DNA of 64,000 nt from an uncultured Acidobacteriota bacterium (lineage in GTDB: Bacteria; Acidobacteriota; Blastocatellia; RBC074): assembly GCA_963796275.1 (NCBI GenBank), contig CAWCKY010000006.1:2336001-2400000 (forward strand). Direction: 5' to 3'. The notes beneath the pieces are model-generated. The model was not told where the DNA came from, made no database searches, and saw only the letters and a program-made list of their open reading frames with translations. Positions 58,587 through 64,000 of this stretch are shown piece after piece. Each line of letters opens with the position of its first letter. Position 1 is the stretch's first letter. Both the position numbers and the translations under genes were made by a program.

Positions 58587-58608
58587 CGGGTTTTCATTCA
58601 TTGCACGT

Positions 58609-59508
58609 CTATTGCACGTCGCGCGTCATGTACCCATCGAGGACGACCCAAATGAAGAGCGGCCCATAGAGTCTTTGCAGATCGCTCAGCACTTCGCTCT
58701 CCGGTACTTCGATCTCGACGCGGAAGTTCTGTTGCGCATCGATTTTCACCGCCTCGGCGAAACGAAAGGTCGCTTGTGGACTCGGATAGCCGTGCGTCGT
58801 GACCCTGCCGTCCTCCGAATATGGGCCGGCGCCGGCGGGGAAGAACCACGTCGGAACCTGAATCATGATCTTCTCGCCGACGAAGAAGGTGGTGACGGTG
58901 TTATAGATGAACTTGCCGATCAGCCCGCCGAAACCATTATTAGGGAAGATCTGTTCTTTCGCCGGAATGATATCTTTCCCGAACTTATCCACCGCCTCTT
59001 TCAATGTCGTGCGGGTGATCTCGGCCAATTCATCCGGGGCCAGCGGCTGCGTTGTTGTGTCCGGTGGGATCGCCGTGACTGTCAGACCGAGATTCTCCAA
59101 CGCGTCGAGTGACAGCCGGAGCGCCTTTATCTCCGAGCTCTCAACCCGGCGTGTGAACTCCACGAAATGCGTCAGCTTGAAGTTGCTCAGCTCCACTTTC
59201 CTATTGCCCACTGGTTGCCCGGCGCAGTCGACGACAACTACTTCGAGTTTGATGGTAGCGCTCTCAGAGACCACCGACGGCAAATCCGAGATCACCACCC
59301 GCAGCGCATGCGCCTCAAAAGTGTTCCAGTGCGGCAACAACGACGCAGCCTGCATGTTCGTCAACAACTTCGTCTTTCCCGTTACATCCTGAAAGAACCG
59401 TAAAACGTTGGATGTGAGAATCTCGCCCAATCTTCTCCCCGGTTTGATTGCGACAGCATCATATAACTGCTGATGTACTAGCTCTCTGACTCCTTTGACG
59501 ACAGCCAT
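58609..59508 (-). CDS. Putative major shell protein (single jelly-roll capsid-like, inferred)
   Basis: Strong AGGAGG RBS; GVRELVHQQLYD...LRFFQ..GKT..TNMQ...FPAGAG...G.PSP...AVKIDAQQNFRVEI...VVLDGYMTRDVQ resembles, from recall, hypothetical capsid-like proteins of tailless viruses; not verified. Confidence 0.55.
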   Translation of the reverse strand: MAVVKGVRELVHQQLYDAVAIKPGRRLGEILTSNVLRFFQDVTGKTKLLTNMQAASLLPHWNTFEAHALRVVISDLPSVVSESATIKLEVVVVDCAGQPVGNRKVELSNFKLTHFVEFTRRVESSEIKALRLSLDALENLGLTVTAIPPDTTTQPLAPDELAEITRTTLKEAVDKFGKDIIPAKEQIFPNNGFGGLIGKFIYNTVTTFFVGEKIMIQVPTWFFPAGAGPYSEDGRVTTHGYPSPQATFRFAEAVKIDAQQNFRVEIEVPESEVLSDLQRLYGPLFIWVVLDGYMTRDVQ

Positions 59509-59525
59509 AGCTTCCTCCTAGCTAT

Positions 59526-60392
59526 CTACCAGAGCGGTTGAAACCAACCGCTGCGGGATTTGGATTGTTCTTCCGCAGGGCGGATGTTTTCGCAGGTCGG
59601 GTTGATTGTCCTCGGACGCTGGTAACCCTCGACGCCGTTGATGTTCTCCAACGGTACGACCCGCGGGTTGATCTCCCGCTCCCGCACATAGCCTTCGACA
59701 GGGGCTTCCGCGAAATAACCCATCTCCGGCGCATTACCGTAACCCATCACTTCTGGCGCTTCGCCGTAGTAGCCCATTTGATCGGGCGCTTCGGCGTAAT
59801 AGCCCATCTGATCGGGTGCTTCATAGACATAACCCATGGCTTCCGGTGCCTCTGCGTAATAGCCCATCTGATCGGGCGCTTCCGCGTAATAGCCCATTTG
59901 ATCGGGCTGTTGATAGACCTCGTTGACGCCGGCAAATTCCGGAGCTTCGGCGTAATAGCCCATCGTCTGTGGCACCTCATAGACGTAACCGACTTCCGGC
60001 GCCTCCGCGTAGTAACCGGTGCCTTCGACAAAACCCGGTGGCGGATCGGCGATATAGCCCATCCCGTGAGGCGAGCCATAACCGGAAACCTCCGGCGATT
60101 CGTAGATGTAACCGACCGTTTCCGGCGCTTCGCCGTAATACCCGACGTTCTCCGGCGCCTCGTAAACGTAGCCTACATTTTCCGGTACTTCATAAACGTA
60201 ACCGAGAGGCTCCGGCGCCTCGTAGACATAGCCCATCTGATCAGGCACTTCAGCGAAGTAACCCGAGATCGTGGGAGCCGGGCATCTACGCTTTCTCGCT
60301 CCTGGCTTGGGTATTGGATAGAACCGCATGCGTTTTCCTCCTTGCTGTGGTATTGGATTGACAATCATGATTTCATCGAAATGGCCTGCCAT
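59526..60392 (-). CDS. Acidic Gly-Tyr decapeptide-repeat protein (GYYAEAPDQM-like, about 19 units)
   Basis: GAGGAGG RBS; basic N-terminus, repeat core, C-terminal WFQPLW. Confidence 0.85.
   Translation of the reverse strand: MAGHFDEIMIVNPIPQQGGKRMRFYPIPKPGARKRRCPAPTISGYFAEVPDQMGYVYEAPEPLGYVYEVPENVGYVYEAPENVGYYGEAPETVGYIYESPEVSGYGSPHGMGYIADPPPGFVEGTGYYAEAPEVGYVYEVPQTMGYYAEAPEFAGVNEVYQQPDQMGYYAEAPDQMGYYAEAPEAMGYVYEAPDQMGYYAEAPDQMGYYGEAPEVMGYGNAPEMGYFAEAPVEGYVREREINPRVVPLENINGVEGYQRPRTINPTCENIRPAEEQSKSRSGWFQPLW
59700..60265 (-). repeat. ~30-bp coding tandem repeats
   Basis: e.g. GCGTAATAGCCCATCTGATCGGGCGCTT recurring on the + strand. Confidence 0.85.
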
Positions 60393-60403
60393 ATTCTGCC
60401 TCC

Positions 60404-60718
60404 TCATCCTTCAATCCCGCGCTTTGTCACCCGGTATCGACCGCCGATGATGTATAACCGCCTGCCTGTCGGATCGGCGGCCAGGACGGGAAATTGCTGC
60501 TCGAAGAAATGAACATAGTTCTGCGGAACTTCTCCGGGCGCGCGGCTGGCACGATAGATCACTCCGCGCAGTTCTCCGAGCGGCATTAACGGCGGCGCCA
60601 ATCGGATTATCCGCAGACGCCTGGTCTCGCATGCGCAACCCGAACCGCATCCGCAGGACGAGCCACAGGCGCAATCCGAACCGAATTGTGGTTGGGAACA
60701 ACCGCAAGCACACGACAT
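60404..60718 (-). CDS. Small protein: Cys-rich N-terminus plus YVHFF...LYIIGGRY.V..RGI domain
   Basis: AGGAG RBS; MSCACGC...CACGSSCGCGSGCAC. Confidence 0.75.
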   Translation of the reverse strand: MSCACGCSQPQFGSDCACGSSCGCGSGCACETRRLRIIRLAPPLMPLGELRGVIYRASRAPGEVPQNYVHFFEQQFPVLAADPTGRRLYIIGGRYRVTKRGIEG

Positions 60719-60728
60719 GACTCGACTC

Positions 60729-61310
60729 CTAGCGGAACCTCCGAACTGGAGCGCCCGGCGGCGCCGGAGCGGCTGGCTGCGGCGCGACTGTGCCCGGCTG
60801 CGCCTGGACCCCTTTTCTCGCCCCACGGCGGCGGCGAGGCCGAATGACGACCGGGATGCTCATCCAGACCGGGCGCAGGTATTGCTTGACCTGACCTGAT
60901 TCGCCGATCCCTTCAACGACTTCATAGAGTTGCCCGTCAGGCGCCTGCATTATTCCGTCCTCCGCGCCTGCCAGCCCAGCCTTTCCGAGGATGCTGCAGA
61001 GCTTGGTCCCGATTTGGTAGACCGGCTTCAGCTCCACGCTCTGTTCGGCACATGGGGCTAACTTGGGCAGGCCCTGGCAGAATCCCTTGACGGCCCCTCT
61101 CACTTGTTCGATCACCGGCCCGATCCCCGGGATGAATTTGACGGCTTTGCCGGCCAGTTTCTTGATCCCTTTCCAGAAGCCGATGTCGTTCCCCAGGCCA
61201 TCGACACCTTCCACCCATTCGTATAGCTGTCCGTCCGGTCCCGGGCGGACTTCGCCAACATAGTTGCCGATCCCCAGGACCTGTGTCGTCTCGTAAGATG
61301 CAAAAGGCAT
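60729..61310 (-). CDS. Hypothetical protein with duplicated PDGQLYE motif and a cationic amphipathic segment
   Basis: AGGAG RBS; GPDGQLYEWVEG / APDGQLYEVVEG; GFWKGIKKLAGKAVKFIPGIGP; Arg/Pro-rich tail. Confidence 0.8.
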   Translation of the reverse strand: MPFASYETTQVLGIGNYVGEVRPGPDGQLYEWVEGVDGLGNDIGFWKGIKKLAGKAVKFIPGIGPVIEQVRGAVKGFCQGLPKLAPCAEQSVELKPVYQIGTKLCSILGKAGLAGAEDGIMQAPDGQLYEVVEGIGESGQVKQYLRPVWMSIPVVIRPRRRRGARKGVQAQPGTVAPQPAAPAPPGAPVRRFR

Positions 61311-61320
61311 AAGTCTTCTC

Positions 61321-61848
61321 CTAATCAACCGGAAAATACTGTTTGTGATCTGCCGGCGGCGCCCAACCCATCGAGCGATTGACCGTTGCATCGAGCGGAA
61401 TCCACCGACCTTTGTAAAAAACTTCGAGATAGATATGCGTGAATAACTTCTTCTTCATTGGATTGAATCCAACGAGTACCAGGCGCACCGGATGGCCGAT
61501 AGACTTGAGCATAGAGGAAAGAAGGATCGTCATATCGTCACAATCGCCTGCGCGCAACTCCAGCATCCGTCTCGCCGTGTGTAGAAGCTCGACACGATGA
61601 ATATCCCGCGTGTATCGAACATTGCGTCTCACCCACTCGAAGAGGGCGTGGATCTCCCCCAGATAGTTTTTCGGCCGGATGTCGCATTGGCGCAGAATCT
61701 CGATCGCCGTTTGCCGAACGCCAAAGTCTTTTGCGCCTGCCCTGACCAGATGCGCAATCAACTCGACGGTCTTGATTGTTCCCGGATAGCCTTTGGGGAT
61801 CCGGCCGATGAAGATACGGGGCTGTGTTGAATTCGAGCATTTGTGCAT
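61321..61848 (-). CDS. Transglutaminase-like (Cys-His-Asp) enzyme, probable protease
   Basis: LFEWVRRNVRY, GDCDD, THIYLEV, WIPLDAT; ATG at 61848 downstream of the sigma54 promoter. Confidence 0.88.
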   Translation of the reverse strand: MHKCSNSTQPRIFIGRIPKGYPGTIKTVELIAHLVRAGAKDFGVRQTAIEILRQCDIRPKNYLGEIHALFEWVRRNVRYTRDIHRVELLHTARRMLELRAGDCDDMTILLSSMLKSIGHPVRLVLVGFNPMKKKLFTHIYLEVFYKGRWIPLDATVNRSMGWAPPADHKQYFPVD

Positions 61849-61892
61849 CGCCTTCTCGTTCTTTTGAATGTTCCTGACACCGTGGATAGAGG

Positions 61893-61908
61893 GCAACTGG
61901 AATGCCAA
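61893..61908 (-). promoter_or_regulatory. Sigma54 (-24/-12) promoter
   Basis: Minus strand TTGGCATTCCAGTTGC: GG-N10-GC with TGGCA and TTGC consensus halves, about 45 bp upstream of ATG 61848. Confidence 0.75.
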
Positions 61909-62352
61909 TCGGGGAAGAGTCGTGGAATATCGACATATCTCTAGCGAGAAAAAAGGGTTGACGCTTTGAGCCCGAGAGTTTTAATAGAGAAGGGAAGATC
62001 GCGGAGTCATAATCTCTATGCGTCTCTCCGTGTGTCGACAGACCGGCGGGATGTTGAAGATGTTGCGGCAGTGAGGTTTGTGCGGGCGCATAAAAATCGC
62101 CGGGCCCTCAAAATGATGAGCGATCTATCGAACATAATTCTGGAACCTGAATTATTATATCGGGCACAGATCGCCCACGGGATATTGCGGGATCAGGATC
62201 GGGATCGGGAATGCACCGAAAGCTTCTCCTTCACCGAAGGAAAAGGTTTTGCGACGACTTGATGAAGTTGTGGAGCTGGTGGTCGAGACTGTTGAGGTGC
62301 TGAATAATGTCGACCCTGGTTGCCATCTAAAGGAGAGAATCAATAAATCACA

Positions 62353-63999
62353 ATGGTTAAACGACGAGATTTTATACGGATCGGTGTTCTGAGCAGCTTC
62401 GCTGCGGCAATCGGATGCGATCGACATCCGGCGCCGTCATCTTCCGGCGCTCCCAATCAAAGCACGGCGGTCGGTTCATTCGAACTGGATGAGAAGACGA
62501 TTGCCGAGTTGCAGGAAGAGGTGAAGTCCGGCGGTCTGACCGCGCGATCGATCGCTGAAAAGTATTTATCGCGAATCGCGGCCATCGATAAACAAGGGCA
62601 TCGCCTCAATTCGGTCATCGAACTCAATCCCGACGCGCTCTCCATCGCCGATGCGCTCGACGCCGAGCGTAAAGACAAAGGCCCACGCGGCCCACTTCAC
62701 GGTATCCCGGTCTTGCTCAAGGATAACATCGATACGGCGGGTCGAATGTCGACGACCGCCGGATCACTGGGACTTGAAGGTTCGATTGCGCAGCGCGACG
62801 CATTCATCGTGCAGCGGCTGCGCGAAGCCGGCGCCGTCATTCTCGGAAAAACGAACCTCAGTGAATGGGCTAACTTTCGTTCGACCCGCTCCACCAGCGG
62901 ATGGAGCGGTCGAGGTGGTTTAACCCGCAATCCTTATGCGCTCGATCGCAACCCTTGCGGCTCCAGCTCCGGTTCGGGCGTAGCAGTCTCCGCCAATCTT
63001 TGCAGCATAGCGATCGGGACAGAGACCGACGGCTCGATCGTTTGTCCGGCCACCACCAATGGGATTGTGGGGATCAAGCCGACGCTGGGATTGGTCAGCC
63101 GTTCCGGGATCATTCCGATTGCGCATAGTCAGGATACGGCGGGGCCGATGGCGCGCACTGTGTCTGATGCCGCGATTCTATTGGGCGCAATCGTCGGTGT
63201 CGATCCGCGAGATGCCATCACTCAGGAGAGTAACGGCAAATCGTTTACCGATTACACGCGGTTCCTGGATCGCAACGGGTTGCAAGGCGCGCGCATCGGG
63301 GTCGCCCGCAGGTATTTCGGCTTTAACGATGAAGTGGACCGATTAATCAACAATGCGATCGATGCCATGAAACGAGCTGGCGCGACGATAATCGATCCGA
63401 TCAACCTTGCGCCGCCGAAGGAATATGAAGAGTCCGAGCTCGAGGTTTTGTTGTACGAGTTCAAGCATGATCTCAACAAGTATTTGTCGGAGCTCGGCCC
63501 CAAGGCGCGTTTCCATTCGCTCAAAGAGATCATCGAGTTTAACGAGAAGAATCGCAGCCGCGAGATGCCATACTTCGGACAGGAATTGTTACTTCGAGCG
63601 GAAGCGAAAGGTCCTCTGACCAGCCCGGAATATCTCAAGGCGCTTGAGAAGAATCGCCGGCTGTCGCGGACAGAGGGGATCGACGCCTCGATCGACAAAG
63701 ATCGGCTGGACGCGATCGTCGCGCCGACCGGCGGCCCTTCGTGGACGACGGATCTGGTCAACGGCGATCATTTTGCCGGAGGCAGTTCGACGCCGGCTGC
63801 GGTCGCCGGTTATCCGGCTATTAGCGTTCCGGCAGGCTTTATTCATGGGCTTCCGGTCGGGATATCGTTTTTCGGTGCTGCATACAGTGAACCTGCGTTG
63901 ATCAAACTGGCATACGCTTTCGAACAGGCGACCAGACATCGCCGGGCGCCCGGGTTTTTACCAACCCTGGACCTTCAGGCTGTGGGACAGAATGGATAA
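62353..63999 (+). CDS. Amidase-signature family amidase with Tat/lipoprotein-like leader
   Basis: KRRDFI...GC leader; GPLHGIPVLLKDNI, GKTNLSEWANFRS, GSSSGS, GTETDGSI. Confidence 0.93.
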   Translation: MVKRRDFIRIGVLSSFAAAIGCDRHPAPSSSGAPNQSTAVGSFELDEKTIAELQEEVKSGGLTARSIAEKYLSRIAAIDKQGHRLNSVIELNPDALSIADALDAERKDKGPRGPLHGIPVLLKDNIDTAGRMSTTAGSLGLEGSIAQRDAFIVQRLREAGAVILGKTNLSEWANFRSTRSTSGWSGRGGLTRNPYALDRNPCGSSSGSGVAVSANLCSIAIGTETDGSIVCPATTNGIVGIKPTLGLVSRSGIIPIAHSQDTAGPMARTVSDAAILLGAIVGVDPRDAITQESNGKSFTDYTRFLDRNGLQGARIGVARRYFGFNDEVDRLINNAIDAMKRAGATIIDPINLAPPKEYEESELEVLLYEFKHDLNKYLSELGPKARFHSLKEIIEFNEKNRSREMPYFGQELLLRAEAKGPLTSPEYLKALEKNRRLSRTEGIDASIDKDRLDAIVAPTGGPSWTTDLVNGDHFAGGSSTPAAVAGYPAISVPAGFIHGLPVGISFFGAAYSEPALIKLAYAFEQATRHRRAPGFLPTLDLQAVGQNG

Positions 64000-64000
64000 A

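Noticed and set aside
59700-60265. CRISPR array
   Set aside because: The ~30-bp repeats are contiguous, in-frame, degenerate at codon positions and lack unique spacers; no cas genes
59538-60512. 324-aa plus-strand ORF
   Set aside because: Antisense shadow of the repeat gene; the minus strand has the RBS and operon context
55188-61848. Known eCIS/T6SS/encapsulin/BMC/gas vesicle locus
   Set aside because: No sheath, tube, VgrG/PAAR, baseplate, encapsulin, BMC or GvpA motifs recognisable
48941-61908. Intact prophage or tailed-phage element
   Set aside because: No integrase, att-like repeats, terminase, portal, HK97-type capsid, tail, holin or replication gene seen; host-type sigma54 promoter present. 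A defective tailless provirus cannot be fully excluded.
61849-61908. N-terminal extension of the transglutaminase-like ORF from TTG 61908
   Set aside because: It overlaps the sigma54 promoter; ATG 61848 with a GAAGG RBS is more plausible

Overview
Bacterial chromosomal window whose gene content points to Acidobacteriota (inference): tandem ADOP/MacB-like ABC permeases with PadR, Oar-like TonB-dependent receptors, an ECF sigma factor + Ser/Thr kinase pair, and sulfatases. Positions 1-46.7 kb are accessory/metabolic genes with several gene remnants and REP-like elements. The standout is a ~13.5 kb minus-strand operon (61.9 kb down to 48.5 kb) behind a perfectly spaced sigma54 (-24/-12) promoter. 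In order it encodes: a transglutaminase-like Cys-His-Asp enzyme; a protein with a cationic amphipathic segment; a small Cys-rich protein; a Gly-Tyr decapeptide-repeat protein; four genes carrying five copies of a predicted beta-sandwich (jelly-roll/capsid-like) domain; and a variable tail of signal-peptide-less hydrolases (M15-like, serine beta-lactamase-like, zincin, M23), several sharing an M-[YF]-[IV]-x(4-7)-[LIF]-G leader. A sigma54 activator gene lies convergently at the end of the operon. No integrase, replicase or packaging ATPase is visible. The working hypothesis is a host-regulated, virus-derived protein shell or particle that carries cell-wall-lytic cargo. The capsid-fold assignment is pattern-based and not verified by any search. 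Several frameshifts look like sequencing indels.
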